DNA of 64,000 nt from Trueperaceae bacterium (GCA_965215565.1 CBDCDZ010000004.1:2368001-2432000); one strand, 5' to 3'. Positions 1 to 10,428 are shown, counted from the stretch's first letter. The notes: generated by a model from the letters alone, not told the origin. Made by a program: numbers and translations.

Positions 1-3
1 GAG

Positions 4-267
4 ATGGTGGCGGATTTGCGCTACTGCATCCGGCAAGATTTGGACTGCGCCGACATCTGTAACGCGACGGGGCGCGTGCTCTCGAGGCAAACCGAGCCCG
101 ACATGAAAATACTGCGCGCTCAAGTAGAGGCGTGTGCGGCTGCGTGCAAATCGTGCGGCGACGAGTGCGAAAAGCACGCCGAGATGCACGAGCACTGCCG
201 CCTTTGCGCCGAGGCGTGCCGCCGCTGTGAGGAGAGCTGCCAACAGGTATTGCAGGCGCTGAACTGA
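4..267 (+). CDS. Four-helix-bundle copper storage protein (Csp/DUF326); 5' end probably outside the window
   Basis: Dense CxxC/CxxxC repeats (CIRQDLDCADIC, CAAACKSCGDECEKH, HEHCRLCAEACRRC). Confidence 0.85.
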   Translation: MVADLRYCIRQDLDCADICNATGRVLSRQTEPDMKILRAQVEACAAACKSCGDECEKHAEMHEHCRLCAEACRRCEESCQQVLQALN

Positions 268-339
268 GTATTAAACGACGACGGAGAGGGGGCGACGCTC
301 GAGTCTAAAGCGCCGCCCTTTCTTTAGCTATCGGCGCAT

Positions 340-969
340 CTAACTTTGCTGAGCTTGACCTTTATTTCCCCTGCTCAGCCAGCGACGCGCCGGGGGGAGC
401 AAGAGGTAAACGAGCAGCAGGGCGTCGAGCGTAAGCTCAAAAATCGTGAACGGTATACCGTAGTGCTCGGGGTCCCAGTAGCTCACCGGGCTCTGGAAGC
501 GCAGGCCCCAGTTGAAGGGAAAGAGGACAAGGGGTCCGTCCATTGCGTGCGTGAAGATGTCGATGGTGGTGTGGACCAAACACGCGGCGAAGAACCAGAA
601 GAGCCAGTGGCGCAGGGAATGGGCTCGAGCCTCCGTCTGGGCGAAGTCCGGGTCTCGCCGCACCCTCCCTCTTGAACGCCAGGTGAGACCGAGCCCGGCC
701 AACACGACGAGCGGCGCGTGCAGGAAGTTGTGCAACCCCTTCCACCACAAACTGTTGAAGAAAAGCTCATCGAACATCAGCTCAGCCGCCGCCCGCGTCT
801 CCATCCCCACAATCTGCGTGTAGTAGAGCCCGCCCCCCACCGAGAGCAGATAAAGTGAAATATCCGGCGCAACCGAGCCCCAGAGCACTGCCGAAAGAGG
901 GACGCCCCAGCGCTCGCCGTATCCTTTGCGGAGCGCCGCGCCGATAAGTGCGTGTGAAGGGGTATTCAA
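340..969 (-). CDS. Membrane metal-dependent hydrolase (YdjM-like)
   Basis: N-terminal TPSH, GSVAPD, LH and HTTIDIFTH motifs with transmembrane segments. Confidence 0.7.
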   Translation of the reverse strand: MNTPSHALIGAALRKGYGERWGVPLSAVLWGSVAPDISLYLLSVGGGLYYTQIVGMETRAAAELMFDELFFNSLWWKGLHNFLHAPLVVLAGLGLTWRSRGRVRRDPDFAQTEARAHSLRHWLFWFFAACLVHTTIDIFTHAMDGPLVLFPFNWGLRFQSPVSYWDPEHYGIPFTIFELTLDALLLVYLLLPPARRWLSRGNKGQAQQS

Positions 970-1017
970 GATGCTGTATTCTACACGGTTTGTGAGAAGG
1001 GGTTGGTGGATGAAGCC

Positions 1018-1071
1018 GTTAGCTATTAGCTGTTAGCGAAAACCAAAAGCTAACGACTAAACGCTAACAGC
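1018..1071. repeat. Heptamer-based palindromic repeat (AGCTATT/AGCTGTT ... GCTAACG/GCTAACA)
   Basis: Tandem 7-mers in inverted arms; related copy at 34801-34851. Confidence 0.65.
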
Positions 1072-1166
1072 CCCGACGAGGCGACGCTCTAGCGCGAACT
1101 TCAAAGTACAACCCGTCTAACCCACCTCTCCAAACCCGTTATAGTGACGCCAGAGAGGTGAAAATT

Positions 1167-2159
1167 ATGGCTGATACATTCACGGCCTACCGGGTCGAAA
1201 AAGAGGGTGACAAGACGACGCGCTCGCTGCAAGAGCTTAACGTGAGCAATCTGCCTGAAGGAGACGTGACGGTCAAAGTTGCGTACTCGTCGCTCAACTA
1301 TAAGGACGCGCTCTCCGCTACGGGCAACCCCGGCGTGACGAAGAACTATCCGCATACGCCGGGAATCGACGCGGCGGGTACGGTTGTGTCCTCGAGCGTC
1401 GCCGACTTCAGCGAGGGCGACGAGGTCATCGTCACCAGTTACGACCTCGGTATGGAGACCGACGGCGGCTTCGGCGAAATGATCCGCGTGCCCGCTGATT
1501 GGGTCATCCCGCTGCCGCAAGGTCTGGACTTGCGCGCGTCAATGGTCCTGGGAACCGCCGGGCTCACCGCTGCGCTTTGTTTGGACGCGCTTCTAAGACA
1601 GGGTTTGACGAAAGAGGATGGACCCGTCGTGGTGACAGGCGCGACGGGTGGCGTCGGCAGCGCCGCGGTAACGCTTCTCAGCAAGCTCGGTTTCGAGACG
1701 GTGGCGAGCACGGGCTCGGAGGAGGCGCATGACCTCTTAAAATCATTAGGTGCGTCCGAAGTCATCGACCGTCATGAACTGTCTGAAGAGCAAAAGCGCC
1801 CGATGCTCAAAAGTCGCTGGGGCGGCGCAATCGACACCGTGGGCGGCTCCACCCTGACAAACGTGGTGAAGTCGCTCAAGTGGGGTGCGTCGGTGGCGGC
1901 GTGCGGGCTCGTGGCGGGGCCGAAACTGGGGCTCACAGTCTTTCCTTTTATCTTGCGCGGCGTCAACCTCTTAGGTGTAGACTCGGCGCAGTGTCCTATG
2001 GCGAAGCGCAAAGAGGTGTGGGGTAAACTCGCGGGCGAGTGGAACGTGGACCTGGACAAGATCACAAACGAAATCACGCTAGATGGACTCGACGACGCGG
2101 TGAACGCGATTTTGCAGGGGCAAACGCAAGGGCAAACGCTGGTTAGGCTAAAGGGTTAG
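1167..2159 (+). CDS. acuI: Acryloyl-CoA reductase/YhdH-type MDR oxidoreductase
   Basis: YSSLNYKDAL, PGIDAAG, GTAGLTA, PFILRGVNLLGVDS motifs. Confidence 0.85.
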   Translation: MADTFTAYRVEKEGDKTTRSLQELNVSNLPEGDVTVKVAYSSLNYKDALSATGNPGVTKNYPHTPGIDAAGTVVSSSVADFSEGDEVIVTSYDLGMETDGGFGEMIRVPADWVIPLPQGLDLRASMVLGTAGLTAALCLDALLRQGLTKEDGPVVVTGATGGVGSAAVTLLSKLGFETVASTGSEEAHDLLKSLGASEVIDRHELSEEQKRPMLKSRWGGAIDTVGGSTLTNVVKSLKWGASVAACGLVAGPKLGLTVFPFILRGVNLLGVDSAQCPMAKRKEVWGKLAGEWNVDLDKITNEITLDGLDDAVNAILQGQTQGQTLVRLKG

Positions 2160-2245
2160 GTTAGAGGCGTAAAGAGGTGGCACTTAGCCGCACAATCTTG
2201 CTAGCTTACTAGGCGCGACTTCGTTCTCTACGCACCCTTCTTACT

Positions 2246-2722
2246 ATGGTTGTATTTTCCAAAGTCTTTCTCGCACTCCTTTTGACCTTCTCTACTCACG
2301 GAGTCTCTATGTCTGAGCAAAACCAAACCGAGCAGGAACGTTCACCTAAAGACTTGGGCGTTGTGAACGGTCAATTCGCCCCCTGCCCGAACAGCCCGAA
2401 CTGCGTCTCGACCCAAGCGCCGCAGGACGACCCTACGCACTACATCGCGCCCGTTCCCTTTGAAGACGTGCCGAGCAACACGGTGAACCGCATCGTGCAA
2501 GAGGTCACGAGGATGCCGCGCACGCGCATCGTTAAGCGAGACGGCAACTACTTACGCGCCGAGTTTCGCAGCCGCATCTTCGGCTTTGTGGACGACGTGG
2601 AATTCTACTTAGACGCCGAAAACAGCCTCATCCACTTCCGCTCGGCGGCGCGACGGGGCTACGGCGACTTCGGCGTCAACCGCGAGCGGATGGAGGCGCT
2701 TTCGGAACTACTCGGTTCCTAG
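2246..2722 (+). CDS. DUF1499 domain protein
   Basis: PCPNSPNCVS and FGFVDDVEF...RSAARRGYGDFGVNRER signatures. Confidence 0.9.
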   Translation: MVVFSKVFLALLLTFSTHGVSMSEQNQTEQERSPKDLGVVNGQFAPCPNSPNCVSTQAPQDDPTHYIAPVPFEDVPSNTVNRIVQEVTRMPRTRIVKRDGNYLRAEFRSRIFGFVDDVEFYLDAENSLIHFRSAARRGYGDFGVNRERMEALSELLGS

Positions 2723-3222
2723 TCGGCAAGCTCATCCGGCAGGAAGACGACGTCATCTCCTACGCGAATGGTGCCGCCTTGCAAGACCCTCGCTAAAATC
2801 CCCCCGTGACCTCGCATGACGTTGTAGCCGCCTTCGCCTAGCGTCTCTTCCATCCTCGAGCACGGGTGACAGAGCCCTGACCCCTCAAAAACAACTTCAC
2901 CAATTTTGAACCGCTTGTCCTTGAGCGCTAAGAGGTTGACGCCCGACACGACCAAATTACGCCGCGTATCCTCCGGTCTGACCTCATGACCCATCATCGC
3001 CGAGAGCGCCGGGAAGTGCTCCGCCTGAATGAGCGTGACTTGGCGCTTACTCTGCATGTTGACCTCTTTGCGTTTCGTCCGGTGGTCGCCCGCCAAGCCT
3101 AGACCCGCGATGACTTCGGTTTCTTCGACGCGCTTAACCTCACCTCTTCTTTCGGTGCGCAGGGCGATGTGCCTGAGCTTTCCAGTTTGAGGCAGCGTGT
3201 TCATCAGCTCGTGAATTGTCAC
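2719..3222 (-). CDS. MOSC domain protein
   Basis: GLAGD, RQVTLI, RRNLVVSG, CHPCSRM, GHGGILARV motifs. Confidence 0.9.
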   Translation of the reverse strand: MTIHELMNTLPQTGKLRHIALRTERRGEVKRVEETEVIAGLGLAGDHRTKRKEVNMQSKRQVTLIQAEHFPALSAMMGHEVRPEDTRRNLVVSGVNLLALKDKRFKIGEVVFEGSGLCHPCSRMEETLGEGGYNVMRGHGGILARVLQGGTIRVGDDVVFLPDELAD

Positions 3223-3338
3223 GCCTTATTTTAGCCTGACCTTCGGGGTCTGATAAGCGCGTTGTTGTGGGGGTGAGGGCTGAGCTTGAAACACAAAACG
3301 GTAGGGTGACGCTCCAACAAGGTCTCAACGAAGACGGT

Positions 3339-3815
3339 TCAGTTTTCCGTATGCCACTGGTAGTCAAAGCCGTTCCACTTCACCGAGATATTTCTCTGCG
3401 CTCGCACACCTCCTGACTCATACACAATACGGGCACGGTAAGCTCGGTTCAAACAGCTACTTCGGTACACTCGGCAGGGACGGAGCGCCGTCTTCCAATA
3501 GTCAGGCTTCACCGTCACACTAATAACGTTGGTATCGACTTCAGGAAAGAGATCAAGGTATCGCACCTCTAGAGGTTCACTCGTACCATCTATTTGAGCA
3601 TTGAGATGGGCTTCTAGGTAAGAAATAGCTGAGTTTTGTATCTCATTCGGCACACTTCCAAAGCTCAACACGAGACCGAGCCACAGCAAACCGACGAAGA
3701 GGCTAACGACAATGAGCGAGCAGAAGATGAGGTGCAGGATAAACCCGCTGCCATTACTAAAGTCATTTGGTGACCTCTTCGCTTGCATAGGGTAGTTTAG
3801 GGGCTCGAGGTTCAC
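3339..3815 (-). CDS. Hypothetical membrane-anchored protein
   Basis: ORF with an N-terminal transmembrane helix; family not recognised. Confidence 0.5.
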   Translation of the reverse strand: MNLEPLNYPMQAKRSPNDFSNGSGFILHLIFCSLIVVSLFVGLLWLGLVLSFGSVPNEIQNSAISYLEAHLNAQIDGTSEPLEVRYLDLFPEVDTNVISVTVKPDYWKTALRPCRVYRSSCLNRAYRARIVYESGGVRAQRNISVKWNGFDYQWHTEN

Positions 3816-3969
3816 GTACCGCTACCAAGACTCACAGCCAACTGGGATGAAACGCCAGAAGTCAAAAATATAGCAAATCCGTATAGCTCCGGCTACAAAA
3901 CCTTATACAACCTCTATCAAGAAACCTGCCTTACATCTTTTCTCGGTGTGCCTGATACGATTGCCATAT

Positions 3970-4533
3970 ATGAATAGGATGCACGGAACAACCATCGTCG
4001 CCGTTCACAAGGACGGCGTTTCAGCCATCGCGGGCGACGGTCAGGTGACGCTCGGCGATACGATTGTCAAGCGCGGTGCGACCAAAGTACGCAGCCTGAT
4101 GGACGGGCAAGTTATCGCGGGCTTCGCGGGCGCGGTCGCGGACGCCTTTACGCTCCTAGAAAAGTTCGAAGGCTACCTCTCGTCCGCGAAGGGCAACCTG
4201 CTCAAAGCCTCCGTTGAAACCGTTAAAGAGTGGCGTTCTGACAAGATGTTGCGCAACTTAGAGGCGATGCTCATCGTCGCGGATAGCGAGCAAATCCTGA
4301 CCCTTTCGGGCGTCGGTGACGTGATTGCACCTGACGAGTCGGTGATGGCGACGGGCTCGGGCGGCGCGTACGCGCAAGCCGCCGCGATCGCCCTGATGCG
4401 CCACAGCGACATGGGCGCGAAAGAGATTGCCGAAATCGCCCTCAAGATTGCCGCCGACATCGACATCTACACGAGCGGCACGGCGACGGTGCTCACGGTG
4501 AGTGACAGTGATGAAGAGGATGGTGACGCATGA
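3970..4533 (+). CDS. hslV: ATP-dependent protease peptidase subunit HslV
   Basis: HGTTIVAV, GDGQVT, GFAGAVADA, GSGG, DIYT; overlaps hslU. Confidence 0.97.
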   Translation: MNRMHGTTIVAVHKDGVSAIAGDGQVTLGDTIVKRGATKVRSLMDGQVIAGFAGAVADAFTLLEKFEGYLSSAKGNLLKASVETVKEWRSDKMLRNLEAMLIVADSEQILTLSGVGDVIAPDESVMATGSGGAYAQAAAIALMRHSDMGAKEIAEIALKIAADIDIYTSGTATVLTVSDSDEEDGDA

Positions 4534-5840
4534 CCTTAGAACTGAGCAAGCCCGCGACGGGCATGAACTTGACGCCTTTAGAAATCGTCGCCGAATTGGA
4601 CAAGCACATCATCGGGCAGCACAAGGCGAAACGCTCAGTCGCCGTCGCGCTGCGCAATCACTACCGCAGAAGGCAACTCTCCGAAGCGATGCAAGCGGAG
4701 GTGACGCCCAAAAACATCCTGATGATAGGACCTACGGGCGTCGGCAAGACCGAAATCGCTCGCAGGCTCGCCAAACTCGCCAAAGCGCCTTTTCTCAAAG
4801 TCGAAGCGACGAAATTCACCGAAGTGGGTTACGTCGGGCGCGACGTCGAGTCGATGGTGCGGGACTTGGTGCAGGCGTCGTATGTGATGGTCGAAGAGGA
4901 GCAACTTTCAGGCGTACAAGAACGCGCCGCTAGAAATGCCGAAGAAAAGCTCTTGGATTACCTCTTACCCGGCGGTACGGAAGAGGGGCGCGAGAAGATG
5001 CGTGCGCTTTTAGAAGCGGGTAAGTTGGAAGAGCGCACCATCGAAATCGAAGTCAAGGACGAGCGCCCGAATCAGATGATGATTCCGGGCATGGAAGAGA
5101 TGGGCATGAACCTTCAAGATATGATGTCGAACTTCATGCCCAAAAAGCGCACGCGCCGCAAGACGAGTGTGAAAGACGCTCGAGAAGCCCTCAAAGCCGA
5201 AGAAGCTGAAAAACTCGTGGACTACGACGATGTCTCCAGAGAAGCCATCTGGCGAGCTGAGAACTCGGGCATCATCTTCATCGACGAACTCGATAAGGTG
5301 GCGGGCAACGAGCAGGGCGGCGGCTCGGACGTCTCAGGCGAAGGGGTGCAGCGCGACATGTTACCCATCGTCGAGGGGACGCAGGTCAAGACGCGCTACG
5401 GGCAGGTCAAAACGGACCACACGCTCTTCATCGCGGCGGGCGCGTTCAACGTCTCGAAGCCCAGTGACCTCATTCCCGAGTTGCAAGGACGCTTTCCCAT
5501 TCGGGTGGAGTTAGAAGAACTCTCTGCCAACGACTTCCAACTCATCCTGACGCAGCCGCAGCACTCCCTCACAAAGCAGTACATCGAACTCCTCAAAGTG
5601 GACGGCACGCGCGTCCGCTTCGACGACTCGGGCATCGAAGCGATTGCCGAGTACAGCGCCCAAGTCAATCAAGAGGTCGAGGATATCGGAGCGCGGCGGC
5701 TGCACACGGTTTTGGAGACGGTCTTAGAAGACCTCTCGTTTGGCACAGAGCTAGGCGACGTCACCATCAACGGCGAGTATGTGACGAAGAAGCTCGAGTC
5801 CATCGTCGAAGATGAAGATTTGAGTCGCTACGTCTTGTAA
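4530..5840 (+). CDS. hslU: ATP-dependent protease ATPase subunit HslU
   Basis: PKNILMIGPTGVGKTE, GYVGRDV, IIFIDELDK, ELQGRFP, DLSRYVL. Confidence 0.98.
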   Translation: MTLELSKPATGMNLTPLEIVAELDKHIIGQHKAKRSVAVALRNHYRRRQLSEAMQAEVTPKNILMIGPTGVGKTEIARRLAKLAKAPFLKVEATKFTEVGYVGRDVESMVRDLVQASYVMVEEEQLSGVQERAARNAEEKLLDYLLPGGTEEGREKMRALLEAGKLEERTIEIEVKDERPNQMMIPGMEEMGMNLQDMMSNFMPKKRTRRKTSVKDAREALKAEEAEKLVDYDDVSREAIWRAENSGIIFIDELDKVAGNEQGGGSDVSGEGVQRDMLPIVEGTQVKTRYGQVKTDHTLFIAAGAFNVSKPSDLIPELQGRFPIRVELEELSANDFQLILTQPQHSLTKQYIELLKVDGTRVRFDDSGIEAIAEYSAQVNQEVEDIGARRLHTVLETVLEDLSFGTELGDVTINGEYVTKKLESIVEDEDLSRYVL

Positions 5841-5847
5841 AATAAAG

Positions 5848-6312
5848 ATGTCAGAGTTAGAGCATTACGAAGAGGTCTACGGCGACGCAATCTACTACGC
5901 GAGCGATGGTGACGAAGACCTTGCTTTTACGCTAAGTCAGAAGGAAACAGGCGCGAACCTCTTCGGAGGTCGCGCCTTTACGCTGGTTACGGCGCAGAAT
6001 CCGCAGAGCACGCTACTTTCGGATGAGGAGAATAGAGAGAGGAATGAGCGGCTCGAGCAACACCTCTTAGACCAGGAGTATGAATTTGGCTCGAGCACAG
6101 GCGAATCTCCCGTAGGCGATTGGCGCGAAGAGGGCTTCACCGTTTTTGACCTCTCGTTAGAGGATGCTCTAGCGCTAGGGTCTCAGTTTGGGCAACACGC
6201 AGTAGTTTATGGAAGAGGTGAGCGAGTCGCGCTGGCGTGGTGTGAGAGTGGGCGGCTCGAGTGGTTCTATCCCAAACTTTTACCTCTCGAAAACGAAAGT
6301 CTTACAAGTTGA
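5848..6312 (+). CDS. DUF3293 domain protein
   Basis: TAQNP..LSDEENRERN, WREEG, FGQHAV motifs. Confidence 0.75.
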   Translation: MSELEHYEEVYGDAIYYASDGDEDLAFTLSQKETGANLFGGRAFTLVTAQNPQSTLLSDEENRERNERLEQHLLDQEYEFGSSTGESPVGDWREEGFTVFDLSLEDALALGSQFGQHAVVYGRGERVALAWCESGRLEWFYPKLLPLENESLTS

Positions 6313-6406
6313 CCTCTTGTCAGCCAAATAGCGCTCTTCACTATTTGCGCTCTCCTTTTCGCCTGCTAAGGTTAGGGCTAATGAACCTATTCGAGCGAGA
6401 AAACCC

Positions 6407-7372
6407 GTGAAGAGTATCCTAGTACGTGAATACGGTGAGCCGAGCGTCCTTGAAGTCGCAGACCTGCCCGTCCCTGAGCCGAGCGTCGGTCAGGTGCGCA
6501 TCAAAACGGCGTTTACGAGCGTCAACTTTGCGGATATCAAGATGCGGCGTGGAGGCGCACCGCGCCTTCCTTTCACCCCTGGGCTCGACGCGAGCGGTGT
6601 AGTGGACGCGGTTGGGGACAACGTTCAGAACTTCGAAGTCGGGCAGCGCGTGGCAGCGTACGTGGCGGCGGGCTCCTACGCGGCGTACGTTCTCGCTGAA
6701 GCTGAGCTTTGTTATCCCTTGCCGGAAGTCTCGCTCGAGCAGGGCGCAGGCATCGGCATCCTCATCACCGCGTACAACGTACTGACGAATGCAGGGCGAT
6801 TTCGAAGGGGAGAAAGTGTCCTCGTTCATGCGGGCGCGGGTGGCGTCGGGAGTACTTTAGTACAACTCGCCAAAGCGCTAGGCGCTGAGCGCATCTTTGC
6901 CACGGTTGGCAGTGACGAAAAAGCAGAAGTTGCCGCGCAACTCGGAGCCGATGAGGTCATCAACTACAGAAAAAGCGCGTTCGATGAGGTTGTGAATGAA
7001 AAAACTAGTGGAGAGGGCGTAGACCTCATCCTCGATTCGGTGGCTGGACCCAACGCCGAACGGGGGATGAACTGTCTGGCTGACTTTGGGCGCTTAGTGA
7101 TTTACGGACATACGGGCGAAGGCGGCGCGGCAGCGATTAAGAGCACGCTGCTTCACAAGAACAACCGCGCGGTAATCGGCTACAGCAGCGGTGGCTACCG
7201 CAAGGCGCGTCCCGAGGTGTTGCGAGAGGTGGCGGAGCGGGGGTTGAGGCTGCTCGCCTCCGGTGAGGTGGAAATCTTGCTGGGCGAACGCTTCAAGCTA
7301 AAGGACGCCGCCGCCGCGCACGAATTCGTGGAGAGTCGGCGGAGCGTGGGGAAGGTGTTGTTGGAACTTTGA
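6407..7372 (+). CDS. NADPH:quinone oxidoreductase (MDR family)
   Basis: VNFAD, HAGAGGVG, GKVLL motifs. Confidence 0.9.
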   Translation: MKSILVREYGEPSVLEVADLPVPEPSVGQVRIKTAFTSVNFADIKMRRGGAPRLPFTPGLDASGVVDAVGDNVQNFEVGQRVAAYVAAGSYAAYVLAEAELCYPLPEVSLEQGAGIGILITAYNVLTNAGRFRRGESVLVHAGAGGVGSTLVQLAKALGAERIFATVGSDEKAEVAAQLGADEVINYRKSAFDEVVNEKTSGEGVDLILDSVAGPNAERGMNCLADFGRLVIYGHTGEGGAAAIKSTLLHKNNRAVIGYSSGGYRKARPEVLREVAERGLRLLASGEVEILLGERFKLKDAAAAHEFVESRRSVGKVLLEL

Positions 7373-7517
7373 TTGAGCGAAGCTATCTCCGCTTCCGTAG
7401 GCTGCTCCTTTAGGGAGGAGACGGAACGAAGTAACCTGCTATGATCTGCGCCGCACACGCAAGAACGTAATCAAATACCCAACGCACCCCCAAGCTGTGC
7501 TAAACTCCTAAACAAGA

Positions 7518-8978
7518 ATGAGTGATCCTCCTTTAGACGATCCGCCTACGCGATCGCGTCGTCCCAAGCCAATCTTCCTTTTCATCCTCCTCCTACCTAG
7601 CGCGTTCGCGCAAGGCGTCGCGCCTCTGAGCTTTTTGGGTTTAGGGTTTCTAGGTGACGTGTCGGGGCAGCAAGTCGGTCTGCTCGTAGTGCTTTTGGCG
7701 CTCTCCGGGCTGATGTCGGGCTCCGAGACGGCGCTCACGGCGGTAGGGCAGTGGAAAATCCGCCAGATTCGTGAAGACGGCGAGGACCCGAGCGGCGTTT
7801 TTGCGCTTTTGGAACGTGACAGACCCCGTTTTATCACCACGCTTTTAATCGGCAACAACTTAGTCAACATCGCTGCGACCGCGCTGGTGACGCAAATTGC
7901 GCTCGAGCTTGCCGCTTCGCTCGGCACGGCGGAGTCGTTAGCGATCGCCTACGCAACAGGCTTTATGACGCTCTTGGTGCTGATCTTCGGCGAAATCACG
8001 CCCAAGTCGTTCGCGGTGCACCACTCGGTGTCCATGTCGCGCTGGGTGATTCGCCCGGTCTACTACCTCTCGGTGGTGTTTTATCCCGTCGGGATTTTCT
8101 TCACCTTTTTGGCGAACACGGTGCTGAGACTTCTGCGGCTCGAGCCCGTCGAAGGTCCCCTCATTACCGAAAACGAACTCCGCCTGATGCTGCGGAGCGC
8201 CGAAGAGTCGGGCGTCATCGAGGCGCAGGAGCAGGAGATGATTCGCGGCATCATCGACTTAGAAGAGACTGTCGTACGCGAAGTGATGACCCCCCGCGTG
8301 GACGTCGTCGCAGTGTCCGAAGGGAGCACGCTAGAGGACATTTTGGCGCTCGTCACCGAGCACGGTTACAGCCGCTTGCCCGTCTACGCCGAGTCGATCG
8401 ACAACGTACGGGGGCAGGTCTACGCGCGCGACCTCTTGGCGTATTTGGGTCACCCCGAGGAACTCGCCACGACGAGAGCCGCCGACATCATGAACGCGCC
8501 GCAGTACGTTCCCGAAACCTTGTCGATTTTGAATCTCTTAAAGGACATGCGTAGCCGCAAAAACCACATGGCTATTGTGGTGGACGAGTTTGGCGGCACG
8601 GCGGGCTTGGTCACGTTGGAGGACATCATCGAAGAGGTCACGGGCGAAATCTATGACGAGACCGACGTCGAAGAGGACGAGGAGATTCTTTCTTTGGAGG
8701 AGGGGCACTACCGCATCCAGGGCTCGGCGCACTTAGAGGATGTCGGCGTCGAACTCGATCTAGTCTTCGACGACGACGGCGAATACGACACGCTGGCGGG
8801 CTTTCTGATCAGCCGCTTCGGGTACATCCCGCAGCCCGGCGAGACGTATGATTTTAACGACTACCAGTTCATTGTCGAGGAGGCGGACGAGCGCCGCATC
8901 ATCTCGACGTTCGCGTCGCCCGTCGAGGTTGAATCCGTGGAGATGACGGACGCGGGAGAGAATCTCCCTAGTAGCTGA
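7518..8978 (+). CDS. Hemolysin/CNNM family (DUF21-CBS-CorC) membrane protein
   Basis: SGSETAL, LIGNNLVN, GEITPK, MTPR, DEFGGTAGLVTLEDIIEE. Confidence 0.93.
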   Translation: MSDPPLDDPPTRSRRPKPIFLFILLLPSAFAQGVAPLSFLGLGFLGDVSGQQVGLLVVLLALSGLMSGSETALTAVGQWKIRQIREDGEDPSGVFALLERDRPRFITTLLIGNNLVNIAATALVTQIALELAASLGTAESLAIAYATGFMTLLVLIFGEITPKSFAVHHSVSMSRWVIRPVYYLSVVFYPVGIFFTFLANTVLRLLRLEPVEGPLITENELRLMLRSAEESGVIEAQEQEMIRGIIDLEETVVREVMTPRVDVVAVSEGSTLEDILALVTEHGYSRLPVYAESIDNVRGQVYARDLLAYLGHPEELATTRAADIMNAPQYVPETLSILNLLKDMRSRKNHMAIVVDEFGGTAGLVTLEDIIEEVTGEIYDETDVEEDEEILSLEEGHYRIQGSAHLEDVGVELDLVFDDDGEYDTLAGFLISRFGYIPQPGETYDFNDYQFIVEEADERRIISTFASPVEVESVEMTDAGENLPSS

Positions 8979-9055
8979 CGTGCCCTCATTACCCGGGAAG
9001 CAACGAGACAGAACGTGAAAAGGCACCGGACCACATCTGGCTCAGTGAGCGACTG

Positions 9056-9769
9056 ATGAACCTTCGAGACGCACGCGAACGAATAAGGAACGCCGGTACC
9101 ATCGCTGTTTTGACGGGCGCGGGCGTCAGCGCTGCGTCGGGCGTCGCCACCTTTCGCGGCGCGGACGGTCTGTGGCGCACCTACCGCGCTCAGGACTTGG
9201 CGACGCCGCGAGCCTACGCGAGGGACCCACAGCTCGTGTGGGAGTGGTACGCCATGCGCTTTCAAAAGGTGATGAGCGTGGAGCCGAACCCTGCGCACGA
9301 CCTCTTGTCGAGGTTAGAGGCGCAAACGCCCGAATTTACCCTCGTCACGCAGAACGTGGACGGTCTGCACGAACGCGCCGGGTCTAAAAATATCCAGGAG
9401 CTTCACGGCAACCTGACGAAGAGCCGCTGTGAGCGCTGCGGCAACTTGGACGCGCTCCCGCTCGACTTTCCCATCCCGCCGCACTGCTCTCTATGCGGGG
9501 CTCGCGCGCGTCCTAACGTGGTGTGGTTCGGCGAAACGCTGCCCGCCGCGCCTTTTCAGAGCGCTGTGGACGCTTTTGAGCGCGCCGACGTCGCGCTCAT
9601 CGTCGGCACCTCCGCCGTCGTCGAGCCCGCCGCGAGTTTAGGACGCTTAGCCGCGCGCAGCGGCGCGTACGTCGTCGAAATCAACCCCGAGGAGACGCCG
9701 CTCAGCCCTCTAGCGCACGTATCGGTGCGCGAAGACGCGGTGACGGGGCTAACAGAATTGGTGGGTTAG
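9056..9769 (+). CDS. cobB: NAD-dependent protein deacylase (sirtuin)
   Basis: GAGVSAASG.TFRG, TQNVDGLH, zinc CxxC pairs, VGTS, INP. Confidence 0.95.
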   Translation: MNLRDARERIRNAGTIAVLTGAGVSAASGVATFRGADGLWRTYRAQDLATPRAYARDPQLVWEWYAMRFQKVMSVEPNPAHDLLSRLEAQTPEFTLVTQNVDGLHERAGSKNIQELHGNLTKSRCERCGNLDALPLDFPIPPHCSLCGARARPNVVWFGETLPAAPFQSAVDAFERADVALIVGTSAVVEPAASLGRLAARSGAYVVEINPEETPLSPLAHVSVREDAVTGLTELVG

Positions 9770-9830
9770 GGCTCGAGAAAAACTCACCAATCTACTAAAC
9801 GCACCTCACACGCGCTGGGTAGCGTGGGGA

Positions 9831-10364
9831 ATGCTCCGCCGTCACGCTCTACCTTGTTCCCCACATAATGATTTACATGACGACCCGCACAATGACCTGC
9901 GCGACAGCTTTTACAGTAACCTCGTATCACGCTGCACCCTCGCCCTACTCGAGCGCTATTTCACCTGGCGCACGCTCGGCCTGCTCGCCTCTTGTCTGCG
10001 CCTAAGCAAACAAGAGGTTGAGACGGTCGTTCGCTACGCCGGCAGCTTGGAGGGACTCGAGGACCTCAGCTTGCAGGATTTAGAAGGGAGTGGCGTTAGC
10101 GAAAGCGCGGCGCAGAAGCTCTTCTACTTCGCGCAGTGGGACAAGCTTCAGCGTCACCTAGAATGCTACGACGCCCTGCCGGAGGACGCTGACCTCAGCG
10201 CACTTCTCGCTACCTTGACACCTATCCGCGAACGTCACTTTCGGCGCGCGCACATAAGTGCGTCGCTCATCGCTAGCTACAGGGCGTACCTCCGACATAT
10301 AGCAAGTATCATTTGGTTTGAAACGCTCTCACGATGTAGAACACCGTGCAGCACGCACATTTGA
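9831..10364 (+). CDS. Hypothetical protein with an HhH-like segment; C-terminus encoded by repeat copy A
   Basis: YAGSLEGLEDLSLQDLEGSGVSESAAQKL resembles a helix-hairpin-helix; last 21 aa lie in the repeat. Confidence 0.5.
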   Translation: MLRRHALPCSPHNDLHDDPHNDLRDSFYSNLVSRCTLALLERYFTWRTLGLLASCLRLSKQEVETVVRYAGSLEGLEDLSLQDLEGSGVSESAAQKLFYFAQWDKLQRHLECYDALPEDADLSALLATLTPIRERHFRRAHISASLIASYRAYLRHIASIIWFETLSRCRTPCSTHI

Positions 10365-10410
10365 GAATGATACTTGCGCTATTCCAATCAGTACTTATGT
10401 TAATTGCTAT
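10299..10410 (+). mobile_element. TAGCA repeat family (MITE-like), copy A, 112 bp
   Basis: ATAGCAA...TTGCTAT ends; internal stem GCAAGTATCATT/AATGATACTTGC; near-identical reverse copy at 24643-24754. Confidence 0.85.
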
Positions 10411-10428
10411 ATTGGAAAGAGGATAATT

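Noticed and set aside
7380..7445. ACCTGCTAT resembling a repeat end (also CCTGCTATAG near 40325)
   Set aside because: Only 9-10 nt match and the rest of the element is absent.
9056..9769. Sirtuin as an anti-phage SIR2 (Thoeris/DSR) effector
   Set aside because: Canonical zinc-binding CobB with no defence partner genes.
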